A stretch of 31,629 nt of DNA from a virus, in the IMG/VR virus record IMGVR_UViG_3300028772_000005. One strand, given 5' to 3'. Shown here in pieces: positions 15,782 to 24,391 of the stretch; the stretch's first letter is position 1; every line of letters begins with the position of its first letter. The notes under the pieces are model-generated. The model had not been told where the DNA came from. It made no database searches and worked only from the letters and a program-made list of their open reading frames with translations. Made by a program: the position numbers and the translations under genes.

Positions 15782-16395
15782 TACACGGCAGCAGTTCCAA
15801 GGGCATCAAATAACGCCTTTGTTGCGGTGTATGAGGTAGAGTACCATCCTGTACGTGGGTGGTTATCTTCGCACTGTAAACCAGCAGCCCATCCGCCGGC
15901 AGTATCGGTAGATGATTTTGTATTCTTGATTGACTGTCCGGTTGAGCGCAATGGAGTTTCAAGTCCGTCAATTTGAAATGCAGAACTACCAGGGGAAAGG
16001 GTACGTCCGAAATCCTTGTAAATATTTTCGGTTACAGCCACAAATCCATCACCATCTTTTCTACCAAGCGACTCAATTACCGAACCGGGTACATCACCAT
16101 CATCGAGCAATACGAAAGAAAGAACGTGTTTCCATCGATTGACATTTGCACCGTCCACCTTTTCGACATCTTCGTCTTTGACGTTCGTCATTTGATAACC
16201 TTTAGCCCCTGTTTTTCTTATCAGAGAAGCATAAAGGTTATTAGATCCGGCTATTTTGGTGGCGATGGTGGCTTCTATGTCGACATCGCTACGATTCAAC
16301 AAATATCCGTTTAACTCCTTTCCTTCGACTACAGGGTTGGTGCAATTCGCAGCCAAATCAGCAGCTAATTTTTTGTTACAACTTGTTACAGGCAT
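15781..16395 (-). CDS. Abundant virion structural protein candidate (possibly major tail protein)
   Basis: 204 aa. It has its own TATATTTG box 50 nt upstream and is visibly more GC-rich than its neighbours, like the capsid gene. No motif recognised. Confidence 0.35.
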   Translation of the reverse strand: MPVTSCNKKLAADLAANCTNPVVEGKELNGYLLNRSDVDIEATIATKIAGSNNLYASLIRKTGAKGYQMTNVKDEDVEKVDGANVNRWKHVLSFVLLDDGDVPGSVIESLGRKDGDGFVAVTENIYKDFGRTLSPGSSAFQIDGLETPLRSTGQSIKNTKSSTDTAGGWAAGLQCEDNHPRTGWYSTSYTATKALFDALGTAAV

Positions 16396-16445
16396 AATTT
16401 TAATTTTTAATTAACGTTAATATAAATAGTTTTTTCTATAGATTG

Positions 16446-16453
16446 CAAATATA
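16446..16453 (-). promoter_or_regulatory. Candidate -7 box TATATTTG upstream of the 204-aa gene
   Basis: Forward CAAATATA lies within ATTGCAAATATAC. It sits in the 60-bp gap between the tape-measure-like gene and 15781..16395. Confidence 0.45.
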
Positions 16454-16455
16454 CA

Positions 16456-19092
16456 TTAAAGTTTCGAATTTTCCTTTACTGATACAACATTTTGCATTGT
16501 AGTTATTTCAGTTACGGATACTACAGGGTTAGGTACTGACTGTGCAATGATTTGCGCTGTCTCATTTTGGCTTGCATTTGATCCGTACATGCTACTAATA
16601 GTCGGCAAATTGGTATATATTGTCGAGCTGCCGGGAGTAGCTACGGAAGTTACAGGGGATGAAGTATTTGGGACTGTTGATGTTCCGGATTCTGATACAG
16701 CCCACACCTGTTTTACGGCTTGTACTCCTGTTGCTATTACACCGTCGGCTGCAATAACACCTAAAGCAGGTCCAACTACAGGTATTTCAGCCATAGAATT
16801 AAACGCTTTAATAGATCCTGCAATAGAGTCAATTGTAATGCCTATAGACGCTGCAACCTTTCCCGCCTGAGTAGTTTTACCGAAAATCTCAGCAAGCGAA
16901 TTTGCGGTAGATGATGCAATAGATAATTTTGTTTGTAAAGACATCCTATCTAAATCACGTTCAGCCTTAGCATATTTTTTATTTATATTTTCTTTTTCGG
17001 TAGCTGTTAAATTTGCATTTTTAAGCTCATTTATTCTTTGAATATCAAGTGCTTGTTTTTTTAACTCGGTTTCTCTGTCTAATCCGGAAGCGGCAAAAGT
17101 TAATTGATTTTCAATATCATTTGACCATAACTGTTTTCTATTTTCAGAAATTGAGTTATCCAAATTCGCTGAATCGGTTGCAAATTGCTGATTAATTAAA
17201 TCAGATTGATCAACATAATTTTTATCGTTCTCTAATTTTAAGCGATTTTGCTCGACAGATGCGTTATAATTTCTTTGCAAGTCATCTTTTTGCATTTGAA
17301 ATGTTTTACCACCTATTACCGTTTTTTCATCCTCCTGCAATTGAATTATTTTTAGCTCTTTTTGCATTTGGTCGATAAGTAAATTAGTTCTTATTGTCGC
17401 AATATCTTCCAGTCTTTTACGTTCCTTATCAAAGACTACGGCTTTTGCAGCTTCTATCTTATCGGAAGTCCATTTTTCAAAAGAAGACTGTTTATCAATC
17501 AACGAAATTTCATCTGTATAAAGTTTTTTGATCTTCTCAGTTCTTTTATTATAGTTTTCCTCTAAAATAAGTTCTGTTTTATTTTCATTATCTAAGACCT
17601 TACCCCGTTCATTTAATATCGTTTGAGTGCTTTTTATTTCCCTTGCTTCTTTAGTATCAGCAGCCTTTGCAAGTGTGTTATTAACCCTTCCAACTCTGTT
17701 TTTAACACTTTGTTCAAATCGGTTATCTTCCGCAATGGTCTGAGTTACACGATTTTTTGCATCTTGAATGGCTTGAAGGTCTTTTTTAGATTTAACAGAC
17801 TGTTCAAGTTGAACAATCCTTAAATTTTCATTTGCGAAATACATTTCTTTTTGATGCAGCTCGTTATCAATTTTTAAGGTCTGATCGGCCGCTTTTTTTC
17901 GTTCAGCAGGAGATAAATCAGATTGTCTAATTTTAAGAGCCAACACATCGATAATACCTTGCTGTCTTATTTTTTCATTTGAAAACTCCCTTTCTGCCTT
18001 TGTTAGTTTTTGTCTCTGATCTGCAATCTTATTACCTAATTCGTAATTTTTTTCTATATTTCCGCTTGCATTTTTCCAATTGTCGCCAATATTTTTTACA
18101 TCGTTTCCAAGTTCTTTTACATTTCCTGTTAAAACATCAACAATCAACTTACCGAGTGACCCCATAAATTTAACACCTTCCTGAATAACGGCATTAACCC
18201 CGGACATAACCCTTTGAAATTGTTTAGCACCCTCATTAGTCGATGTAAAATAAGATACCAAAGCTCCGAGCGCAATTACAATTAATCCGATCCCTGTAGA
18301 TGCAAGCGCAACCTTGAATAGCTTCATTGCACCTGTTCCCGTTTCAGTTGCCACGGTTGCAGCAGCAGTGGCCGTAGCTCGTAAACTATCAGCAGCAGCA
18401 GCTTGTTCGGATGTTGCAGTTCCGGCAGCCTTAGCAATAGACAATTCAAGTTCTGCGGAGGTTGCGGCTTCATCTGCTATTATTGCTGCCGCCTGTGCTT
18501 CTTTTTGCAGTGCGATGCTTGCAATATATTCATCGGTAGCAGATTTTAACCCTCCGAAGCCTTTTGAAAATATACCTAATGTTTGTTCTGCCGAAGATGC
18601 AATATCTTGTATGGGTTTTGGAAGCATTCCAAGCGTACCGGCATAATTTCCGATATTATCTTTAAAATTTCCGACCGATAAATTTGCTTTATTTACATTT
18701 GTATTTAATTGCAGCATTTCGGCAGAAATAGCCCTCCCAACCGATCCCTCACGAGCTGATGCAGATAACGAATTATAAGACTTTTGTAAATCCGTAACCC
18801 TTACCCTCATTCCATTAATTGAGTCCCCGGCAGATGCAACGCTTGCAGCATTTGTTTTTATCTCTTTCGAATTTTCACGAATACCGGATGTATTTTCTTT
18901 GATTTGAGCATTTAGTACCGCCCTTGTAGATGCAGCATCTTTATCTGTTATTTGTCCAGCCTCAACCGCTTTTTTTATGTCCAAAAGAGTGCCTTTTAGC
19001 TTATCGTTCGCAGCAGATAGCTTTTCTATATTGTTTAAGGCATCCTGATTTTGAACCTTAATATCGAGTAATACCTCCTCATTTACTGCCAT
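16456..19092 (-). CDS. Tape-measure-like protein (alternatively an internal/ejection protein)
   Basis: It is the largest ORF, at 878 aa. It has long coiled-coil segments, an Ala-rich region and a hydrophobic helix (MKLFKVALASTGIGLIVIALGALVSYF), plus a C-terminal Gly/Ala hydrophobic stretch. Confidence 0.55.
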   Translation of the reverse strand: MAVNEEVLLDIKVQNQDALNNIEKLSAANDKLKGTLLDIKKAVEAGQITDKDAASTRAVLNAQIKENTSGIRENSKEIKTNAASVASAGDSINGMRVRVTDLQKSYNSLSASAREGSVGRAISAEMLQLNTNVNKANLSVGNFKDNIGNYAGTLGMLPKPIQDIASSAEQTLGIFSKGFGGLKSATDEYIASIALQKEAQAAAIIADEAATSAELELSIAKAAGTATSEQAAAADSLRATATAAATVATETGTGAMKLFKVALASTGIGLIVIALGALVSYFTSTNEGAKQFQRVMSGVNAVIQEGVKFMGSLGKLIVDVLTGNVKELGNDVKNIGDNWKNASGNIEKNYELGNKIADQRQKLTKAEREFSNEKIRQQGIIDVLALKIRQSDLSPAERKKAADQTLKIDNELHQKEMYFANENLRIVQLEQSVKSKKDLQAIQDAKNRVTQTIAEDNRFEQSVKNRVGRVNNTLAKAADTKEAREIKSTQTILNERGKVLDNENKTELILEENYNKRTEKIKKLYTDEISLIDKQSSFEKWTSDKIEAAKAVVFDKERKRLEDIATIRTNLLIDQMQKELKIIQLQEDEKTVIGGKTFQMQKDDLQRNYNASVEQNRLKLENDKNYVDQSDLINQQFATDSANLDNSISENRKQLWSNDIENQLTFAASGLDRETELKKQALDIQRINELKNANLTATEKENINKKYAKAERDLDRMSLQTKLSIASSTANSLAEIFGKTTQAGKVAASIGITIDSIAGSIKAFNSMAEIPVVGPALGVIAADGVIATGVQAVKQVWAVSESGTSTVPNTSSPVTSVATPGSSTIYTNLPTISSMYGSNASQNETAQIIAQSVPNPVVSVTEITTMQNVVSVKENSKL

Positions 19093-19223
19093 AGCGAATT
19101 AACTTTATCAATCATTATATTTTGCTCTTTTTTAGCTCTCTTTAATTTCTTTGTAAGAAGGAAAAGTAGTACTATATCCTTTGCATCGGAGTATTTCTGT
19201 TTAAAATAATTGATTATTTTCAT
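19083..19223 (-). CDS. Possible 46-aa protein overlapping both neighbours
   Basis: Hand translation gives MKIINYFKQKYSDAKDIVLLFLLTKKLKRAKKEQNIMIDKVNSLWQ. The ATGA overlaps the upstream stop, and the ORF overlaps the tape-measure-like start by 10 nt. Confidence 0.3.
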   Translation of the reverse strand: MKIINYFKQKYSDAKDIVLLFLLTKKLKRAKKEQNIMIDKVNSLWQ

Positions 19224-19780
19224 TTTATTAATGCTTTTATTATTTGATCTTGTGTTTTATTCGCTATAAAAGTAGTGAAAAGTTCTATAACTTCGTTAAG
19301 TACCGGAGAATATACCGTCGTATCTGGGTTGATACGACGATTTGTGCCAAGTTTCTTTATCTTAAATGCTATAGCCCATGCTACGGAATTAAGCCCTCTT
19401 TCTTGTGGTGTATATTTTGGCTTCCAATTAATAGATGGTTGGCGAATATATGCTATTGACTTATAAGCTATTCTCTTTGCTTCTATCCATTCTTTAATAC
19501 TTGTGATAGGTGGCATCTTTCCGGGTTCTCTTCCGTATTGTAATGTTGAAATTGGAGCCCGATTTCCTGCATCAGCTATAATTCTAAGCTCTTTTTCTCC
19601 GTCGACTGAATACCTAAGTGACTGTTGAGTCCGTCCGGTCGCTGTAATCTTCTTTGCGATGATTTGTTCCCTAATTTTTTCAACAGCATACTGACCGATA
19701 CGAGGGAGTCCATCTATTTTATTTTTATCAAAACGGCTTTCAATTGTTAATTTGGTTCGTATTTGTAAATCGCTTGCCAT
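19220..19780 (-). CDS. Virion-associated hypothetical protein
   Basis: 186-aa ORF in the late operon. ITATGRTQQSLRY faintly recalls HK97 gp10-type tail-completion proteins. I cannot support more than that. Confidence 0.4.
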   Translation of the reverse strand: MASDLQIRTKLTIESRFDKNKIDGLPRIGQYAVEKIREQIIAKKITATGRTQQSLRYSVDGEKELRIIADAGNRAPISTLQYGREPGKMPPITSIKEWIEAKRIAYKSIAYIRQPSINWKPKYTPQERGLNSVAWAIAFKIKKLGTNRRINPDTTVYSPVLNEVIELFTTFIANKTQDQIIKALIK

Positions 19781-19781
19781 A

Positions 19782-21401
19782 TCATCTTAATTTTAGCAAT
19801 TTTAAGGTAATAGTATTTTTTGTTGTCATTATGCTTTCAAGTGCAATATAAATACCACCCAATTGACGAATTAATAAAGGCTTTTTATTATCAGGGAAAT
19901 AAATAAAATCAGCTTCAAATAATTTTGGATTAATTACCGGTGCATAAATATCGGCTAATTTATTTATTATTTCGAAATGTCCGTCCGGAGTTTGTTGTAA
20001 CACCATTTTATCTGTTACTCTCTCAGATCCATTATCGTCCTGTATGCGAATAGCATCGATTGTAGCTACGTTATTCGTCCCAATGGGTAATGTTTCATCG
20101 TTGATTAAGACAGTGGCTATAACCTTGCTATCTGCATAACTAACAGTAGCATTATTTGAGTCAAGGAATCGGAAAGATTTTGTTTTCCATCCAATTAATT
20201 TATCTGATACGTCAATTGCATTATGCCAGTCGAATATATCTTTAAAATCGATGAAATTTATTGCATTATCGAGGTATTCAACCATCTTCCCAGAACACAG
20301 CGCAATGGTTTCGATCATACTTTTAGCGGTAACTTTCGGTAGGTTCTGCCAGCAAGGGTAAAGCCCGGTTAATCCGAAATCCGCATAATCACTAAATCCT
20401 GCAGTCTCTTTCTCAAGTTCAGTATAACAAGCCATAGCTTCGACTGAAATGCTGAATTGTACGTATGCTTCCACGAACACCCCGATTGAATAAACACCAG
20501 CAGGAAGTATTTTAGATTCCAATAAAAAATGGTCTGAAACGTCCCTTAGTGGCGAAGTTCCTATTATCGAATAAACACCAAGCGAATCCTTAGAATAAAA
20601 GCTGATATATGGCTGACTGGAATTGTTTGAAGTTACGTTAATAAAAAGTTTAAACGGGGATGTAGATGTTATCGATAACCCGTTTATAAAAATTCCTTCC
20701 GTTTGAACTGATACACCTAAATCAATATCGTGATTCCGCGGATTTGAGCCCCCCGTGTTGTAATTCCTGCTTACCGGTGAGGTATAAGCAAGTGAGTTAG
20801 TGCGTCTTTTCCATTGATTTGAATACACTAAGTAGTTATCCGGTGCATTATTCAAAGTTACACCGTAAAATAATGCGAGTTGCTGAATTAAATTTTCTGC
20901 ATAAATATTTGGTCTTCCATTAGCAAAAACTCCATGAAAAATATTAGGTGCATTGGTACCCGGAACAAAAGAGTAATTATACAGCGATCCATCTTGAACA
21001 TTTAACAAAACATCCTGCTTAGTTTTATTCTGAATTTCTGGTAAATAAATATCACATATATTCGTAGTGTCTTTCAACAAATTTGATACCCCACCACTCC
21101 TGAATTGCTCCAGGTAGAACTTAATTGATGTTGGGGAAAACTCTTTAATATAAGCCCTCACACGCATTGAAGTTCCATTTACGTATAAAGCTCCATACAA
21201 GTATTTATTTGTCTTTGCGGAGTCTGAAAACACCTTATAGTCGGAAGCTTCACGGTTATTCTCTGTTAATGCTGCGGTTATATCAGTCGAGTATGTAGAT
21301 GATTCACCTTTCAAAGAATTTTGAATAGGATGTTTCCATTTCAACTCAAATTCTTGATTGTCCAAGTCAATCCAAATACCCTCTAAATTTAATCGTACCA
21401 T
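19782..21401 (-). CDS. Large virion structural protein (tail or baseplate-associated?)
   Basis: 539-aa ORF, tightly coupled to its neighbours. No motif recognised. Confidence 0.45.
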   Translation of the reverse strand: MVRLNLEGIWIDLDNQEFELKWKHPIQNSLKGESSTYSTDITAALTENNREASDYKVFSDSAKTNKYLYGALYVNGTSMRVRAYIKEFSPTSIKFYLEQFRSGGVSNLLKDTTNICDIYLPEIQNKTKQDVLLNVQDGSLYNYSFVPGTNAPNIFHGVFANGRPNIYAENLIQQLALFYGVTLNNAPDNYLVYSNQWKRRTNSLAYTSPVSRNYNTGGSNPRNHDIDLGVSVQTEGIFINGLSITSTSPFKLFINVTSNNSSQPYISFYSKDSLGVYSIIGTSPLRDVSDHFLLESKILPAGVYSIGVFVEAYVQFSISVEAMACYTELEKETAGFSDYADFGLTGLYPCWQNLPKVTAKSMIETIALCSGKMVEYLDNAINFIDFKDIFDWHNAIDVSDKLIGWKTKSFRFLDSNNATVSYADSKVIATVLINDETLPIGTNNVATIDAIRIQDDNGSERVTDKMVLQQTPDGHFEIINKLADIYAPVINPKLFEADFIYFPDNKKPLLIRQLGGIYIALESIMTTKNTITLKLLKLR

Positions 21402-22318
21402 TAAATAGCTGTTTTTGTTTCGTTTGTAACTGTAAAAATAAATTCGTCAATATCCTTGAAGTCTGTTGTGTCTTCGCTTTTAACATTTACACGTTCAGAG
21501 TTCATAAAAACGTACGAGCTTGATTTTATGCTGTTTAAAATTGAAAGAACATCTTTATTTTCATTTCCTGATGTGAAAATTCTTGATATAGTATTCTTTT
21601 TTTGATCAATTTTGTTTATGCGTTCATTGCCGGATGCAGAATAATTTTTAATCAAGTCAACGGTTACCCCTTTTGAGCTCACTTTCGTTTCTGCAAGCTT
21701 GAAATACCACGAACGCCAATACCCATCATCATCGACCCAACTAAAAAATACATGATCCGGGCATACCTTTCGACTTTCGATGTAATATCCGGATGATGGT
21801 ATCATGTATTCCTCAGTGTATTCTTCGGTGTAAGCGCCTTTTGAGCCGGATAGATATTTTTCAACACCCGAAACAGTATTTTTCATGTTCCTTGGAAGTG
21901 TTATTTTTACGCCCGATCCATCGATAAGCTTAAATATGTCAACATCGTAGGTAGCAGAAAAAATATTATCACCATTCCAAAACGGGAGTAGTGATGTTTG
22001 CATGGTTAAAATATCCCCTATTGATTTTTTAGGAAATAAATCGAAAGCCCAATAAAACGGATCTGTAATTTCGATATGTACAACTGCTTTTGTAAAGTCA
22101 TTAAAAGTTAACGCATCAAAATAATAACGCCCTTTACCGTTCCACATTAAAATCGGAATGATTACGTCGTTTATCGTTACATTGAAGTACGAGCCATTGA
22201 TGTATAATCCTGACGGGTCAATTATTTCAACAAATAATTCTTCATCGAACATCGAACCTACTAGTTCTGGAACGTATGCAATTATATTTAATCCGTTGGG
22301 GTTGGTTAGTGTTCTCAT
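21401..22318 (-). CDS. Virion structural protein (hypothetical)
   Basis: 305-aa ORF with a TAATG overlap to the next gene. Confidence 0.45.
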   Translation of the reverse strand: MRTLTNPNGLNIIAYVPELVGSMFDEELFVEIIDPSGLYINGSYFNVTINDVIIPILMWNGKGRYYFDALTFNDFTKAVVHIEITDPFYWAFDLFPKKSIGDILTMQTSLLPFWNGDNIFSATYDVDIFKLIDGSGVKITLPRNMKNTVSGVEKYLSGSKGAYTEEYTEEYMIPSSGYYIESRKVCPDHVFFSWVDDDGYWRSWYFKLAETKVSSKGVTVDLIKNYSASGNERINKIDQKKNTISRIFTSGNENKDVLSILNSIKSSSYVFMNSERVNVKSEDTTDFKDIDEFIFTVTNETKTAI

Positions 22319-22713
22319 GTGTTGCTACAAATTGGATCGTTTACGATGTCCAAAGCAAAAGCAGCGAAAGCCACGTTTGCATCGAACTTATTTAACTCCG
22401 AAAGCACTTGGTAACTTTTAATTTGATTTTGAAACGGATAAATCTTTTTCATTAGGTCGACTTCCATTGATTTAACGGTGTCATAAATGGCTGACGTGGA
22501 AAAATCAAGCTCCATTATAGATAAAGAAGCTACTACGATAGTCTCGACAACTCTAAATCTGTCCGCAACGAATGAAATTTGCTTACTAACAGGAATTACC
22601 ACAATGCAAGGATATGTTGCCGAGTCTAAAATAATATTCAACTCCTCGTAGCTTCCGAAGTAATGGTTATCGTATTTGGTTGCCAATAAATTGTAGACTT
22701 CTTTTGCGTTCAT
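22315..22713 (-). CDS. Hypothetical protein
   Basis: 132-aa ORF with an ATGA-type overlap to the downstream gene. Confidence 0.45.
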   Translation of the reverse strand: MNAKEVYNLLATKYDNHYFGSYEELNIILDSATYPCIVVIPVSKQISFVADRFRVVETIVVASLSIMELDFSTSAIYDTVKSMEVDLMKKIYPFQNQIKSYQVLSELNKFDANVAFAAFALDIVNDPICSNT

Positions 22714-22722
22714 GGTTCAAAT

Positions 22723-23223
22723 TTACAAAATTTTAATCTTAATCAAAAATTTTATAATAAAAGTTATAGCAGCGAGCAAAATAATACCCCACAACACCCA
22801 CCCCGATCCATACATCCAATTTTCCAAGAATCGATCTGAATGCGTATAAACTTTTTCCGTCTTAGTGATGATTATTGGTGCAGGGGTATTGGTTATAGTC
22901 CTAATCGTATTCTTTATTTTAACTGTATCGACATTATTTTTAAGATTTGCCGATAAAAATAAGCTGTCATTAAAAATCCAAGCTTTCGAAAATAGAAACT
23001 TAGTGTCTATAATAGCCAATTTATTCTTAATAGGTACTACCACGGTACTTTTTATAGTATCGTGGTGAATTAGTATTGCCGTGTCAATTAATTGAATAGA
23101 GTCGTTCTGTGTGACGTAATATGGACGATCAACATAGATCGTCCTGCATGAAAAAGTAAACAGCAAAAATCCAAATGTTATCGGAATCAAAATCCACCAA
23201 CAACGTTTTATTAAATTTCTCAT
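22723..23223 (-). CDS. Candidate unimolecular spanin (N-terminal lipoprotein-like signal plus C-terminal TM helix)
   Basis: The N-terminus WWILIPITFGFLLFTFSC is a hydrophobic helix ending in Cys26, a weak lipobox. The extreme C-terminus WVLWGIILLAAITFIIKFLI is a TM helix. The start overlaps the endolysin stop (ATGA). Confidence 0.4.
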   Translation of the reverse strand: MRNLIKRCWWILIPITFGFLLFTFSCRTIYVDRPYYVTQNDSIQLIDTAILIHHDTIKSTVVVPIKNKLAIIDTKFLFSKAWIFNDSLFLSANLKNNVDTVKIKNTIRTITNTPAPIIITKTEKVYTHSDRFLENWMYGSGWVLWGIILLAAITFIIKFLIKIKIL

Positions 23224-23708
23224 AATTTTAAATTGTTTACCCGGTTAATCCATCCTTTTAAAAACTTTGCATTTTTACCTGTTCCAATTAATTTATAAAA
23301 ATCAATACGAGCCTGTTTAAATGCTTCTACATGAGATCCCGTATTTACTGCCAATAAAGTATCTTTTCCAAACGCCCCATCGGCTTCAACTCCTATTACT
23401 TTTTGAAGTATTTTTATGGACCTACTATTTCCTGAATTTACAGCAAAATCAAAAACATGAAGTGCGAGTAATTCATCGCCTATTAAATCTATTTTGCATG
23501 GATCGAAATAAATTGATTTATAGATTTCAATAGCTTTTGCCTCAGTTAGATTTTTTATGTCGACATTTGGAAAGGATTTTTGAGAAATTCCGTACTTTGT
23601 CAACCCTCCTGAATCGTTTGGATCGTTGGTCACTTTATCGCCACCCTCATTAAATAGTATTTTCGGTATAAATTTTTCGGCTCGTGTCATTTTATTTTGT
23701 ATTACCAA
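23220..23708 (-). CDS. Endolysin, glycoside hydrolase family 108 with a PG_binding_3-like C-terminus
   Basis: ILFNEGGDKVTNDPNDSGGLTKYGIS is the GH108 signature (EGG...D.GG.T.YGI). The C-terminal motif is FLKGWINRV. Confidence 0.8.
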   Translation of the reverse strand: MVIQNKMTRAEKFIPKILFNEGGDKVTNDPNDSGGLTKYGISQKSFPNVDIKNLTEAKAIEIYKSIYFDPCKIDLIGDELLALHVFDFAVNSGNSRSIKILQKVIGVEADGAFGKDTLLAVNTGSHVEAFKQARIDFYKLIGTGKNAKFLKGWINRVNNLKL

Positions 23709-24030
23709 TTAAAACCCTTGTTGCAATCACAAAGTCGCTTGAAACTTTTTCAAGTTTATCGAATAGCTTTCCATGGTCCTCCCTGTTGTTTTTTGTGTTA
23801 TCCATAACCAGGGATTCAATTTTATCAAATGATTTTTCATTGCCATCCTTATGTTCTGAAACTTCCTTGTTTAGTGCAACGTACTTCTCATTTAGCTTTG
23901 CAATCTCAATATTCATGTTTAGTTCAAATTCAGTCTGCTTTCGTTTTTGATTTTCAAAAAAAGCATAGGCAGCGCCAAGGTTCGTAAAAAATGCTATTAA
24001 AATTGCAATCCAATCGTTTATCCCCAACAT
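23692..24030 (-). CDS. Holin candidate (single N-terminal TM helix plus coiled coil)
   Basis: The TM helix is WIAILIAFFTNLGAAYAFF, followed by a charged coiled coil. The gene is immediately upstream of the endolysin and overlaps it by 17 nt. Confidence 0.4.
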   Translation of the reverse strand: MLGINDWIAILIAFFTNLGAAYAFFENQKRKQTEFELNMNIEIAKLNEKYVALNKEVSEHKDGNEKSFDKIESLVMDNTKNNREDHGKLFDKLEKVSSDFVIATRVLIGNTK

Positions 24031-24049
24031 AACAATTAATTTAACAAAT

Positions 24050-24079
24050 TAAAAATAGCCCGCTATATTTCAAGCGGGC
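24050..24079 (-). terminator. Intrinsic terminator after the fibre operon
   Basis: The GCCCGCT / AGCGGGC 7-bp stem (24058-24064 / 24073-24079) has an 8-nt loop. In minus sense it is followed by TATTTTT. Confidence 0.65.
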
Positions 24080-24086
24080 ACTTATT

Positions 24087-24350
24087 TTATTTTGCAGCTT
24101 CAGCTTTCGCCTTAGTTACAGCATTGACATCGGTGATAATAATCTGCGATGGAGTCAAAAAGTTTTTAACTAAATACGCAAAAGCCCCACCCACTGCAGC
24201 TATTGTAATATTTTTCCAATCAAAAGTTAATACCCCGGCACTCAAACTATTTTGAATAATTGGGATAACAGGTGTTAAAACTGCGATGATTAATGCTTTC
24301 AATAAATCTCTAAAATTTAAAGAAAGGAATGTACTTGTTACTGTTTTCAT
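24087..24350 (-). CDS. Small two-TM membrane protein (holin-like)
   Basis: It has two hydrophobic helices, LLKALIIAVLTPVIPII and ITIAAVGGAFAYLV, and a Lys/Ala-rich charged C-terminus. Confidence 0.35.
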   Translation of the reverse strand: MKTVTSTFLSLNFRDLLKALIIAVLTPVIPIIQNSLSAGVLTFDWKNITIAAVGGAFAYLVKNFLTPSQIIITDVNAVTKAKAEAAK

Positions 24351-24391
24351 TTTGTTTTTGTTTTATGCCTTTCGGCTGATTAATTTAATAA

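Noticed and set aside
15768-16314. ORFs 15768..15971 (-), 15930..16142 (+) and 15973..16314 (+) overlapping the 204-aa gene
   Set aside because: They are nested in, or antisense to, a longer ORF that has its own promoter-like box and coupled neighbours. They are most likely products of the locally higher GC content.
16547-18646. Several plus-strand ORFs inside the tape-measure-like gene (16547..16870, 17623..17823, 17979..18167, 18314..18646)
   Set aside because: They are antisense to an 878-aa continuous ORF. Their Ala- and Ser-rich or hydrophobic composition mirrors the sense-strand bias.
19083-19780. Programmed -1 frameshift tail-chaperone pair (G/GT-like) upstream of the tape-measure-like gene
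   Set aside because: The 46-aa ORF contains an A6 run (GCTAAAAAAGAG), but it is not an in-register X_XXY_YYZ heptamer. The -1 frame closes with a TAA 9 nt before the tape-measure-like ATG. No extended alternative frame exists.
22718-22725. TAAATTTG match to TAnnTTTG upstream of 22315..22713
   Set aside because: It lies only 5 nt from the ATG, inside a 9-bp gene junction. That is too close to serve as a -7 box for this gene.
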